The notes beneath the pieces are model-generated. The model worked only from the letters and a program-made list of their open reading frames with translations. It was not told the origin of the DNA and did not search any database. Positions 12,681-24,315 of a DNA stretch of 64,000 nucleotides are shown here, one piece after another; the stretch's first letter is position 1; each line of letters begins with the position of its first letter. This stretch comes from Lama glama (taxonomy: Eukaryota), in assembly GCA_028534125.1 (NCBI GenBank), contig CM052817.1, forward strand, positions 10,294,001-10,358,000, written 5' to 3'. The position numbers and the translations under genes were made by a program.

Positions 12681-13199
12681 CGTCCTTTCCTCCAGGGGAG
12701 AATCCAATGCCTTGGAAAGCACACCAGGCAGATTTTCTTCATTTTGCCTTGAGTGTTACATTTCCATGTCTGTTTATGTTAATTTTGTTCTTGTCTAACT
12801 ATTCCCCAATCCACAAGCCCTTCTCTGCATGTATTAAAGTTAGAGGTGATTTGTGCAAACTTGTTTCAGGGAGCACCCAGGGAGCTGAAAGGCCCTAAAT
12901 GGCTTGTTAGCCACATGGCTGCCAATGGTCTTGATTAATGCTACTAAAACACAACTAAGCACAAGCTTTTCTACAACCTTTTGATTTTCATGAGAAACCT
13001 TGATATAAGATGATGGACCTTACGAATTCAGAAGACAAACCATTGGACAAATTGGGATGATGTCTAATTAGGCTCTCTTTCCTTAGAAATAGAAAGACTA
13101 GTTTTGCCTCCTGGCCTTGGCATCCAGGAAGCTGTCTTTGAGGAGCAGACGCTGTTGATGTTATGCCCACATGGCTTCTTGCCCCACCTGAGTAAACTG

Positions 13200-13629
13200 G
13201 CAGTCCTGGAAGACTTGCCACAGCACTGATACCTCCCTAGCTCAAGTAGCTGCATCTTTCATCTTCTCTACCTGAAGATTTTCTCTGAATCTCAGGTGCT
13301 TGCTCCCAGAAGTCAGATACAACCTGGAGGTAAGGGGCCAGTGAAGATAAAGAGAGTGGATAATTAATCACCCAAAGGCTCTTACCCCAGTGGGGCAATC
13401 CTGAGGGCTATTCTATATTGTTCTTCAGAGCTTCCCCACTGGGGTTTAGCCAGTTGCCCAAAGTGGATATCTATGTTCTAAAGCAGCCCTGCTGGTGTTT
13501 CGCAGTTTCCCCTCTTCCTCACTTGGGCTTCATGTGACTGTCTCTCAGATAAACTGCCTATGCCTAAATCCTTGTCTCAGGTTCTACTTTCGTGTGTAAA
13601 AGAGGCCTTCCTGTTCTCTCTAAAAGACA
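13200..13629 (+). mobile_element. ERVL solo LTR, LTR16-like
   Basis: 3' end CAGATAAACTGCCTATGCCTAAATCCTTGTCTCAGGTTCTACTTTC...AAGACA typical of LTR16 family. Confidence 0.6.
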
Positions 13630-13651
13630 GTATATGAGAAATAGTGGTGGG

Positions 13652-13900
13652 CGATATTTGTTGAATGGTTACTGTACATGCCATGAATTGTTGTTAAGTG
13701 CTTCATAAATACTAACTTATTTAATCCGCATAAGAAATTCCTAAAATAGGCACAATTAGAATCCCCATTTTGTAACAAAAGAAACTGAAGCATAAAAAGT
13801 CAAGTAATTTGCCTAAAGTCACACAGGTTTGAACAGAAGGCAGAAATTTGAACTTGGCCAACTTAACGCCAAAGCCAGTGTCTTCACATTACTCCACAAT
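13652..13900 (-). mobile_element. MIR SINE
   Basis: TTATTTAATCCGCATAA...CCCCATTTTGTAAC...GAAACTGAAGCA...GTAATTTGCCTAAAGTCACACAG. Confidence 0.75.
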
Positions 13901-14054
13901 GCTGCTCCACCAATGCAGGTGGCAGTCCTTTGCATTGGTGGCCAGGATTTAACCATTGAATAATAGCTTCGCTTAAGGTATGGACTGTATTAAATGCTAA
14001 TATCAGAAGGTCTAATGTATCATTCCAAAAGTGTTTATACTTTGTATAGAGAGA

Positions 14055-14490
14055 TATGGCTATTGCTTCAGCTGCCTATGCAAGAGACCCCAAATGGAAG
14101 TTGGCTTAAAGAAACATCGAAGCTTAGTTCTCTCTCGTGTAAAGTCCAGGGTGGTCAGGTAGCTCTGCTCTGCAAAGTTGTCAGGGTCCAGGCAGCTTCT
14201 CATTGTGCTGCCATCTGTAGGGCACTGTCATTCTCTTCATGGTCTCAGATGGCTCACCATGTATCCAGCTGCCAAGCATCATGAAGGAGGAGAGACTAAG
14301 GGGGAGGCATATGCATGCCTTTTAAGCACATGTCCCAGAAGATGCTTATATCACTTGCACTTACATCCACTGCCAGATATGAGTCACATTGCCACATCTA
14401 GCTACATAGAAGGCTGGGCATAGATGTCTTTATTGTAGTTGACTATGAGATCATCTAAAAATTCAATTACTGTGGAAGGAGAGATTAGTT
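14055..14490 (-). mobile_element. old MaLR LTR (MLT1J/K/L-like)
   Basis: GGCTTAAAGAAAC...TAGTTCTCTCTCGTGTAAAGTCCAGG...GTCACATTGCCACATCTAGCTAC...AGGCTGGG. Confidence 0.6.
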
Positions 14491-14704
14491 TATCTTTGTC
14501 ACCTAACATGACACTTGTGAGAAATCTTCCTGATTCAAGCCCTCTACCCTTATGTTCCGTGGTGTGGTTTGAATATAAAGAGCACCCCTTGGGGTTTTCA
14601 TCAAAATCAATGTTACTGGGGCAATACTGGAACAGGGAAAAAGTCAGTTGTCTCTGTCTTAGGGTAAACACTAACTCTCTCTCTCATTCTTTATTAATAA
14701 TAGC

Positions 14705-15125
14705 CACCTGGGTTTTGAAACCCTAGGTTGTACTGTCTTTGTGATGTTGGACCAGTAACTGAATTTCTTTCAAACAATAGTTCTCGACTGGGGTAATTTT
14801 GCCCCTCAAGAAGACCCTAGGCAAAATCTGAGACATTCTTGGTTGACCCAACTTGGGGAGGGGGTACTACTGACATCTAGTGGGTAGAGGTCAGGGATCA
14901 TGCTAAACATGCCACAATGCACAGGGCAGCACTGCGCTGTCAAGAATTATCTGGTCCAAAATGTCAGTAGTGTGGGGTTGATGAGCCCTGCTCTAAGCTT
15001 TAGGTTTTTCTTTTCTTTTCAGAAAACTGAGGAGACAGCAGTATCTGCTTCATGGAGCGTGGATGAGGATTCACTGGATAGCTCTTGCAAAGGATTTAGC
15101 AGAACGCCTAGCCCACATTAGGTTC
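14705..15125 (+). mobile_element. MIR SINE split by MER20
   Basis: CCTGGGTTTTGAAACCC...TGTGATGTTGGACCAGTAACT before 14775; CTCTAAGCTTTAGGTT...TGAGGATT...TTAGCAGAACGCCTAGC after 14990. Confidence 0.6.
14775..14990 (+). mobile_element. MER20 hAT-Charlie MITE, full length
   Basis: CAATAGTTCTCGACTGGGGTAATTTTGCCCC...CTACTGACATCTAGTGGGTAGAGGTCAGGGATCATGCTAAACAT...AAGAATTATCTGGTCCAAAATGTCAGTAGTG...CCCTG. Confidence 0.9.
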
Positions 15126-15751
15126 CAGACAACCTCGGTCCTCAGGAATTCTTAATCTTCTTCTCTGCCTGACTTCTCTAGACTTGTCTTCTTGCCACCT
15201 TTGATTCACAGTATGAATGTCTCTTGGGAAGGGAAATGAGGGAAATTACATTTTATCAAGGAACTATTAGCTGTCAAGATTTTAATATGTCACTTCATAT
15301 AAAACTCTCCAAAACTGTGTGGGGTTGATATTCCTGTTCCTGATTTGCAAATGGGCCAATGCACTTAGGAATATCTCACAACATCCTCATAGAAGCAGAG
15401 TTAATCAGTGAGAGAGTAGGGATTGTACTTGAGTTCAAATTTTGCATCTCCCAGTCCTGTAAGCTGGAAAGAGAGAATCTGAGAGAGCTTGGAAGGAGAG
15501 AATTCTCAGAGGATATCTGAGGAACTCAAAAGGTCTGGAGAAAATCAGGAGAGACTGATGTAGGGAACAAGATGCAGACACAGGAGGACAGGGAGGCTCC
15601 AGTGCAGAGTCACATTGTCACCTCAGGCTGGACTTACAAAGGCAGCTTTTACTTCAACTGTTCAGGAGCCTCAGCCTTCTTGTCTTGTTCCCACAAAATG
15701 GTGGGCAGCCTCATCCTCTTTCTTCCTTGCTGGATCCTAGGGATTGGGGTC

Positions 15752-16207
15752 TGTTTTAGATTCCTAGGGCGATTGTAACAAATCACTACAAACTGGATGA
15801 CTTAAAAGAAACGAAATTTGTTCTCTCACAATTCTGGAGGCCAGGAGTCTGAAATCAAGGTGTCAGCCAGGCTGTGCTTCCTCAGTAGACTCTAGGAAGG
15901 AATCCTTCCTTGCCTCTTCTAGCTTCTGGTAGTGCCAGCAACGCATGGCATCCCTTGGCTTGTGGCAGCATAACTCTGATCTGTGCTTCTGTCTTCACAT
16001 GGCCTTCTTCCCCATGTGTCTGGTCTCCCCATCTTGGTATCTCTGCATGGCCAGTCATTAGATTACAGCTGACCATCATCAAGTAGGATTGCATCTTAAC
16101 TGAATTACTGCTGCAAAAACTCGATTTCCAAATAAGGTCACGTTCACAGATATTGGAGATTAGAACTCAAACATATCTTTGTTAGGGACACAATTCAACA
16201 CACAACA
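15752..16207 (-). mobile_element. MaLR solo LTR, MLT1C/D-like
   Basis: TGTTTTAGATTCCTAGGG...TTCTCTCACAATTCTGGAGGCCAGGAGTCTGAAATCAAGGTGTCAG...GGACACAATTCAACACACAACA; 5-bp TSD GGGTC / TGGTC. Confidence 0.9.
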
Positions 16208-17151
16208 TGGTCTAAACAATATTTCCAATGGATGAACGCTAAGCCATTTTTTGCTTAAAATAAATTAAACCCTTTATAACTCAATGGCAACTTTGGATGT
16301 GCAAGAGAGCTCAGAGTCACTTCCAGTAACATGACAAATCTGGTCCTTTCTCAAGACAAAAGACCTCCACCATGCCACCCCACCAAATCTCCTTCCTGAT
16401 ACTTACAGTGTTTCAGTACGTGCGAAAACCACACAAAGACTCACCTTAGACTTTGAAAAGAATATTCGAGAGAAAATATAGTTTATTTATTTGTTTATTT
16501 TGCCTTTATTTATGCTCTGTTTTTTAATTTAAAAAATTAAAATGAAAATACAGCTTAGGGTGAGAACTCTTTAATTTCTGAAGGCGATTTGAAAGTAGAA
16601 GCCTTATCTGGCTTCTGGTCTTTATACAGTGCATTTAAACAGAAAGTCTTATTATACCAATCAAGGCGACATCCTTTTACAATGAACTCTGCATCATATT
16701 TCTCCTCCAAGATAAAGAACATTTATGCAATTAAAATAGACTGATTGAAAAAAATCCGTGACAGGCATAAGCTTGGATTTCTACTCTGGGGTTGGAATGG
16801 CTGGGGGACACTAGAAAACTGCAAAACTGAGTGAAAATTGTCTTGTTTTTTCCAGTGCATATCTTGCAGAAGAAAGAGGAGGTGGCTTTCCCAGCATTCA
16901 GCAGCCCGGCCCCCTCCTTTGCAGAGCCAGGGCTGCTCCCTCAGGCCCTAATCAACTCACTCAAACAGGCTGCAAAATTGATCTGACAGCCCATGAAAGG
17001 GAGTTTGGAGGCTGGGAGGGAAATACCAGGGAGGGCTAGGACTCCGGGAACATGGAATTCTGTATTTTCAAGAATATCACTGTGTTTGGACTGGGACATA
17101 AGCAGGGCCCTCTGATCTTTGGGCTACAAAGTAGCTGTGATGAAAACCCTA

Positions 17152-17153
<2 letters not shown>

Positions 17154-17191
<38 letters not shown>

Positions 17192-17207
17192 ATGCGTGTG
17201 CGTATGT
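17154..17207. repeat. (GT)n microsatellite
   Basis: about 18 perfect GT units followed by an interrupted tail. Confidence 0.95.
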
Positions 17208-19590
17208 AGGGGGGTGTCTTTTGAGTCCTGGGCTTGGAAACACTTAATCAAATCGGTGGGGAAGAAAGGTCTCTCCAGTTTAAGCCTAAATCCTATTGAC
17301 GTGAAGAGCAAAGGCAATTAACATTTGTTGATGGTTAACTAGGTGTTGGACATGTTCTGTTTTTCTTTTAATCATTATCATAAGCCTTGTGGTTGGCATT
17401 GTTATCCCATTATATAGATTGGGACACAGAATTTTGAGAGCAAGAAGGATATTCAAAATATTTAAGAACAACCAGAAAAGGATGGGCAACGACCATTTAG
17501 AAGAGCCGGTCCCAGAAAGGGTTAGGATGGCTACAGCTGTGGTGGGGGTGCCCCCAGGAAGCTTGAGGCAGTTACTGTTTATAATAAATACAAAGTCTAT
17601 CCATGACTACCAGAGCATACCAGGCAAGTTGGCTCTGTTGGCAAGGCATGTTGGCTTCCCCTAAGACATAAAGCTCATAGTGTATGACTTGGGATTTGAA
17701 CCCAGCTCTCTTTATTCCAAAGATAACAGTCTTTCCAACGTGCCATACCCTGGTCTTCTCACTCCATCCTTTCTGAGGGGGAGGAGTCTGCAATCATGGC
17801 CGGGAGGAGGAATGCCAGCACACTCTCTTATAAGGAATAAGAGATGTCAAAGCCTTTCCTGTGAATATCTTTGTAAAGATGATGAAGAAATTTTCCTACA
17901 ACCTTGAGAGGTAGATATGAATTATGAAGGTTGGAGACAATATTTCAAAAAGGTGTCCAAAAGCAGAGTTGGATCACTGCAAACAAATAATTCCAACGTT
18001 GATCACTTTCCCCAGAGCAAATGTTCCCTTGATGGTGTAGAAAATATCAAGACCTATGACCTAGGTGCTCTTCTGAGAAAAGGTCAGTGTCCTGTTGCAA
18101 TACTTTGAGAAAATACCATTTATAACTTTAATGGCTATGCTAAGCATATTTTGAAAACTTTAGTTAAAATGTGGGTTCCCCAACACAGAACATTAAGTTT
18201 GGAATTTTATAAATTACTAGTATTCTATGACTTTTTCTTTATGGGTTGATTCAAGCCACATTATACCTATATCACTTGTATACAATGAAACACCATCAAT
18301 TCCCTCAGTTGACAACCCAGTGAAATGGGTTGAATGAAAGAAAACATGTTGATGGAAATGACAGGAGAATACCCTCTCCATTCAGTTGAAACAGAAGAGA
18401 CACATAGAATCCTTTTATCTTCTTTTTTCAAGTGAGAGAAAAACCAATATTTCTCTTCAAATACAAACAGAAATTTACTCATTGGCTCAGGAAAATATAA
18501 GCTAAGAATGGACACATTTGCCTCTCCAGGGATCAGTTTAGCTCTTTAAAAATCTTTGAATTTAGGTTTCCTGCTGTTCCCTTACATGTTTTAATTGCAC
18601 ATATCTTGCTACCCTGTGCTTTCCTTATTGAGCTTGTACCACGTCTCCCTTACTTCTTGCAGATTCAAAGCTCTTCCATGATAATCAGAACTGTAGCATC
18701 GGAAGGCAATTCCCAAAGTGGTTCTGCACATCCTTGATGGTAAACCAGATAATCATAAGTGATAGTCCTGTGTTCATTTTAATGAGTATGGAAACCCAGA
18801 ATTGGAGCATCAAGCTGTGATTACTTAGATATTATTGTTTAGGACTAGGCTAAGCTTTAAGGTGCACATATTTCTGGTCAATTAAAATATGTCCAGAAAA
18901 TAATGGTAAAGATAGAAAATGCATATAGCAAAAAGTATAAACTGTTTGGGAGCTAATTCTATCAAGGTCTGAAATGGCATTCCCTAACATCAACTGTATT
19001 CTCAGCAGGTGGACATCCAGCTTCTGCTCATGAGGAAAAGAGGTACCCACGGGAGTGCAGTGTGTGTCAATGGAGAGGCTGGGCATTAGAAGAGCGAGCA
19101 TTGCTTTTCCTTATGTTTGATCAGCCTGATATGCTGTTTTCAAAGCGAGCTCAAGAGCCTGTTTCCCCTGCTTGTCCACGTAAAGCAAGACTCGGATCTG
19201 ACCACTCAAATTTGTGGAAGAGCTGCTTGTACCCTGGAGAAGCAGAAGAACATGCAAGGGCTCTAGAGCAAGCCTGGATGGGCCCGGGGTGTGTCCGAGT
19301 CTGGGGAGGAGGGCATGGGGGCTGACCTTGGGGAGGCCAGTTCTTCCTGCACACAGGGGAAGAGGTAGCAAGGGGCACAGGAAGAAGAAAAGTGTTGAGC
19401 AAGCTGTCAATCAGCTTTCAGCTGTAGTAGAGTGTTCTGTTTATGAGTGTACTTGCTGTAGCTCTATCTAGACTGTGTCTTTGAAGAAAAGGAGAAGTAT
19501 TTTTGTTAAAGAGTGAATTAACGTGAAATTTGGTATCCTCCCTATATTGTTATTTGATACTAAATCATTTAGACTTTAAAAAATATACAA

Positions 19591-19790
19591 TGCAGATACA
19601 CACTACTATGTATAAAATAGACAAACAACAAAGTTCTACTGTATAGCACAGGGAACTCTATTTAATATCTTATAATAACCAATAATAAAAAAGAAGTTGA
19701 AAAAGAATACGTATAAGTAATACAGCAGTGTAAATCAACTATACTTCAATAAAAATAAATAAGTGAAAACAAAACAAAACAAAACGTACA
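19591..19790 (+). mobile_element. LINE-1 3' end (cetartiodactyl/camelid type), 5'-truncated
   Basis: CTGTATAGCACAGGGAACTCTATTTAATATCTT...GTAAATCAACTATACTTCAATAAAA plus (AAAAC)n tail. Confidence 0.85.
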
Positions 19791-20724
19791 GAGGACTGCT
19801 GTGCTTGTTTTGGCTTGGCCGTGGAACTTGTCCTTAGTGCTCGAGAAACAACAGAGAGGAATGTGGAATGGATTTGTTCAAGTGGTCAGATCTGGAGCCC
19901 AGCAGATAGCTGATGCTAGAAGCTCTCCTCTCCCAAGGTTATGCGTTTGGAGGAAAAGAGTTGGATCAATGAACTCTTAAGCCTATCTCAATATTACCAC
20001 CTCCACGAAGTCTTTCCTAATGGCATCTTACCCTTCCCTCTGTTCTTTGATCTCCTGCATCTCTCTATCTGGACAACTCTTCAGGTAAGCACACTGCTAA
20101 CCGAGTTTTGGTCCAGTCTACTTCTTGCTTCTCATTGCACTCTGCACAAAGTCCGACTCATTGATTTGGGAAGAATAGCAAATCAGAAAAAATGGAAATG
20201 GAATTGACGACAAGGGCAGAGATGGTACCCAACCAACAAGACAGGCCATGTGGTCACAGAAACTGGCCTGGAGATGAATATGTCCAGCTAGCTCCCAGGT
20301 GACATTTAGGGAGCACTGGGTAGCCGATTACCGCTGGCTGAGTGTGTAGGGAAATCCCAAAGTGAATTTGGCTGTTCTAGATTTAAGGTTTGCCTGACTG
20401 CTGCAGGATCACAGCTGAATGTGCTGATTATTCTGGGGCAAGTTAAAGGGGCCCCAAAGACGCATCAAACTACCCCCTATGTTCAGATGTTGACGTGCCC
20501 TTAATCATCTGAATTAGGATCATTGGTGATGACAGTTTTCACTTCTCTGTGGCTTCTGTTTGCAAGATCGTAAATGTCTAAAGGAACCAGATGGAAGAGC
20601 AGGTGCTTACTTATACGTTGCTCGGACACTCAAGAAGCAGATGACAAGTTCCTTATCTGTTGTGGCCTGGAGGCCTGGGGCAGGGGGACAATGCCTGGTG
20701 CCACGTTGAGTGCCACAGAGGAGT

Positions 20725-20855
20725 GGGAAAGCATGGTCGTTGCTGTCAACAGATGGGGTTTGAATCCTGCCTTTGTCGTGTAATGCTTGTGTTACCTTGG
20801 GCGAGTTATTTAACCTTTCTAAGGTTCAGTGATTTTTCCATTCAAAAATGGGTTT
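20725..20855 (+). mobile_element. MIR fragment
   Basis: GGGTTTGAATCCTGCC...ACCTTGGGCGAGTTATTTAACC...AAAATGGG. Confidence 0.7.
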
Positions 20856-20856
20856 T

Positions 20857-21195
20857 ATTTTATCTTTTTGTTTAAAAAAATTTTTTAAGTAACTATATAT
20901 TCACAGCAATTGCAAAGATAGTATAAGGTCTCGTGTATTCTTACCTCGGTTCCCCCCAGTTGGTTCTATCTTATGTAACTATAATACAATATCAAACAAA
21001 GAAATTGACATTGTACAATGTGTGTGTATAAATCTGTGCCATTTTATCACATGTATAGATCTGTCTAAGCTACCACCACAATCAAGATACAGACTATTCC
21101 ATCACCACAAAGGTCTCTCTGGGGCTACCCCTTTGTAGTCACAACCCCCTCTCTTACCCCCTTCATTCCTAACCTCTGGCTACTATTGATTCCTT
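20857..21195 (-). mobile_element. L1MC-type LINE-1 3' end inserted in a MIR
   Basis: poly-T start, AACTATAATACAATATCAAA...AAATTGACATTGTACAATGTGTGTGTATA...CAATCAAGATACAGA; flanking AATGGGTTTTA / AATGGATTTTA as probable TSD. Confidence 0.75.
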
Positions 21196-21264
21196 GGAGA
21201 ATGGATTTTAAAACACCTGGCCCAGTGCTCAACCAATAGCGACTGTTTTCATTATTATTTTCAC

Positions 21265-21450
21265 TCTAGATCTCATTTAATCCTATGACAACTTTATGAG
21301 TGTGTTATCAATATCCCCATTTTATAGATGAGGAGACCAAGGCAATGGAGGCTTGGCGAGCATAAGTGAATTGCCCGTGGCCACAAAGAGGCTGAGATAG
21401 ATTTTTGAATGCAGGTCTCCAGGCCAGTGACTGATTCCACTAATTCACAC
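21265..21450 (-). mobile_element. MIR SINE
   Basis: TCTCATTTAATCCTATGACAAC...ATCCCCATTTTATAGATGAGGAGACCAAGGC. Confidence 0.75.
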
Positions 21451-21709
21451 AGGTAACTATGACTATTACCAAATTATATCATACAATCTGCACAAACATG
21501 CTGGATGTGTTCATTTGAATGCTGTCAACTGCCATTTTCTTTCAAGATGGAGGAGAGACTTGCAAATTGAGTTTAAGATGTACCTCTGCCCTCTTTAGTA
21601 GTGTGCTATACTGAGTCAAAATCCGATAAATACTTGGACATTTGCCTGGGAGCAGACATGTCACTTTTCCTCCCCAAGCTTCAATCTCTTGTCTGAAAAA
21701 GAAGACAGT

Positions 21710-21924
21710 GGGGAGGGTATAGCTCAAGTTGTGGGGAGGGTATAGCTCAAGTGGTAGAGTGCATGGTAAGCTAAGCATGCTAGTGTTTAGCTTGCATGAG
21801 GCCATGGGTTCAATCCCCAGAACCTCCTCTAAAAAACTGGATAAACCTAATTACCCGCCCCTCCTCCAAAATAAAATAATTAAATAATACAAAAAACAAA
21901 ACAAAACAAAACGGAATAGAAAAA
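21710..21924 (+). mobile_element. camelid tRNA-derived SINE with duplicated head
   Basis: GGGGAGGGTATAGCTCAAGT x2, B-box GGTTCAATCCC, AAACCTAATTACC tail, A-rich end; TSD AAAAAGAAGACAGT (21696-21709) / AAAAAGAAAACGGT (21925-21938). Confidence 0.9.
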
Positions 21925-23549
21925 AAAAAGAAAACGGTTGAACTCTGAAGGGTGACCTCCTGTCTCTAACAGTCAATGGAAAACAAAAGGCAGAGATGTT
22001 CCACTGGGGGAAATAAAAGCTGGTTTGGATCAGTAAAAATAAAGATGGGAAGAGGAGAACAACTGGAGTTTGACAGATGAGGAGCCCTAAGTAGTCATGT
22101 GGGTGGGGAGGAAGAGGGGACCAGCATGGGCGGGGGAATCATGAGAGACCTGTGGTTGTCGAGGACTTTATCTAGAAGATTCTGCACTATTCTCGGAAAG
22201 CTTAAATGGTTTTTCAATAAAGAAAAGTGAAGTTATTTGACTCAGAAGTGTGGACAGGATACACACAAGTGTGTGTGTGTGTGTCTTAGTGAGAGTAGAT
22301 GGGCAAAATTGATAAGAAGGAATGAGTCAGAAATCGAGCCTCTGGTCTCACTCCAACTGCTAGGAAACACATGAGTCCATTTTGGTTTGGGGATTCTAGA
22401 ATATAAATGGAATTTGGATTGCCATCCGAGGGTGGGTGTGAGAACTGGTGAGGATTTAATACATGATTTGCGTTTATGGGATCTGATCTGAGTAGTTTAA
22501 GCTGTAAAAGCAAGATATGAGTCAGTCTCATTTTCTGTGACTCTTCCAGCTGCCCCCAGAGGGAAGAAGCAAGGGCTGAGTATATCCATTCCAATAAATA
22601 AATAAATACACATTTTGCAATGGTTGCTTTCTGCCAAAATTTAATGTACCTCCCAAGTTGGGAAAATGACTTATATTCTCTCACTATCTTGCCTGCTCCC
22701 TGCTTCCTCCCCAGCCCCTCTCCTCCTTCAAGGCTGAAGGCTTCCTAGTCAGCAGAGACAGGCTTCCTACATTATCAACATGTGTACTGATCTCTAAATA
22801 ACTCCCTATTCGCGATTGTGCTAAGTATCGCCTCCGAGGCTTCAGACAGAGACAATTTTTGTTTGTTTATTTGTCTGTTTAAATGTTGATGGCCTCACAG
22901 ATATTGTAGAATCCATGGGGTGCTGAGAAGGGAGGGTGAGGAAACTTCTCTGCCCGTCTGCAGAGAATTGGGGTGGGAGGCAGTGAGAAGCCCCAGAATT
23001 GCTAAAATCGTTCCACTGGAGTGGAAGAGGAGGGTGACCCTTTGTAAACCATCCAAACACATTTCCATAAATGTTAAGTATTTGGATGAAAACAGGATCT
23101 TGGCTTCACTTTCTCTCCAAATGGCCAGGGAGAAGGGAACACTGGCTCATCGGATACAGAGGAGAGAAACCTGGCACCCAGCCTCCAATGAAGATTTTAC
23201 ATGTTTGAGAAACGATGTCGGGAGGACATCCCGCAAGAAGCCGTTGATCAGTGAAACGCACATTTGCTCAAATCGCACTTTCCCAGCTGGGTCCTACCCT
23301 CTCCGTTCCAGACCTTCTCGGCTGGAGCCTGCTCATTTGGCTGCTCCGTAGCCTTGTTGCGGACACTTTCTAGAGGATTTCATTTTGAAGAGTTTCAGAG
23401 TAATTCTGCTAATGCAGGAGTGACTCCTCTTTTATGGAGCAGAAAACATTTGAAATCTGTCCTTTAGCATGGTTAAGAGCATCCGAGAAAAAACAGGCAT
23501 CTGTAATAGCTAAGTTAGTCTTTGTCAGACCCATTCTGAGCAATTGAAA

Positions 23550-23738
23550 AATGTTAAGTCATTTAATCCTCACAACAAACAGTCCTTTGAGGATTGTGAA
23601 TTTATTATCTCCGTCTTTACAGATGACAAAATGATAAGCAATTTGCCCAAGGTCACATAACTGATACGTGATGGAGCCAGTGTTTCCTTCCAATCTGTCT
23701 GAACTCCAGAGCCCACACTTTTAAGCCCACTGCTATAT
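23550..23738 (-). mobile_element. MIR SINE
   Basis: TCATTTAATCCTCACAACAA...TTTACAGATGA...ATTTGCCCAAGGTCACATAACT...CTCCAGAGCCCACACT. Confidence 0.8.
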
Positions 23739-23828
23739 GACGAATATTACCTACTCCTCAGGGTTCTTCTGAGGATTGAATGGAATGGCCAGTAAGGGTA
23801 AGCTATAACCATTTAATACAGCTATAGT

Positions 23829-23958
23829 CAATATCTTGTAGAAACCTATAATGGAGAAGAATCTGAAAAAAAAGTATGTATAACTGAATCAGTTTGCTGA
23901 ATACCTGAAACTAACACAATATTGTAAATCAACTATACTTCAGTTACAAAAATCAAAC
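23829..23958 (+). mobile_element. LINE-1 extreme 3' end
   Basis: CAATATCTTGTAGAAACCTATAATGGA...ATAACTGAATCA...CCTGAAACTAACACAATATTGTAAATCAACTATACTTCA. Confidence 0.85.
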
Positions 23959-24036
23959 ATAGGAGAATTTCAAGTATTTGAGTGGGGCTTCTGTCAGTGC
24001 TTCTGATTAAAAAGTCACAATGCCAAGAACTTGTGT

Positions 24037-24091
24037 TCTTTCCTTCCTTCCTTCTTCCCTTCCTTTCTTCCTTTTTCCCTTCTTTCCTTCC
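24037..24091. repeat. (TTCC/TTTC)n pyrimidine-rich low-complexity tract
   Basis: TTCTTTCCTTCCTTCCTTCTTCCCTTCC... Confidence 0.85.
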
Positions 24092-24094
24092 ACA

Positions 24095-24315
24095 TTGTAA
24101 AAGGCTTCTCAGTGGGATTAAGTATGCAGTCACCTGTGGCAGCCCACGGAAGATGGCACGTGGAAGGCAGGCAGGTGGGAAGGTGGTGCTCTCTCCTTTC
24201 CTATTTCACTTCCTCTTCCCTCATTTCTACTCCCTGAGCTCACACTTGCAAATAAACTTCTCCCACATAAGCCATTGTCTCAGACTCTGCTTTCAGGAGA
24301 ACCCAGGCTGAAATT
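24095..24315 (+). mobile_element. ERVL LTR 3' part (LTR33/LTR16-like)
   Basis: CAAATAAACTTCTCCCACATAAGCCATTGTCTCAGACTCTGCTTTCAGGAGAACCCAGGCT. Confidence 0.6.
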
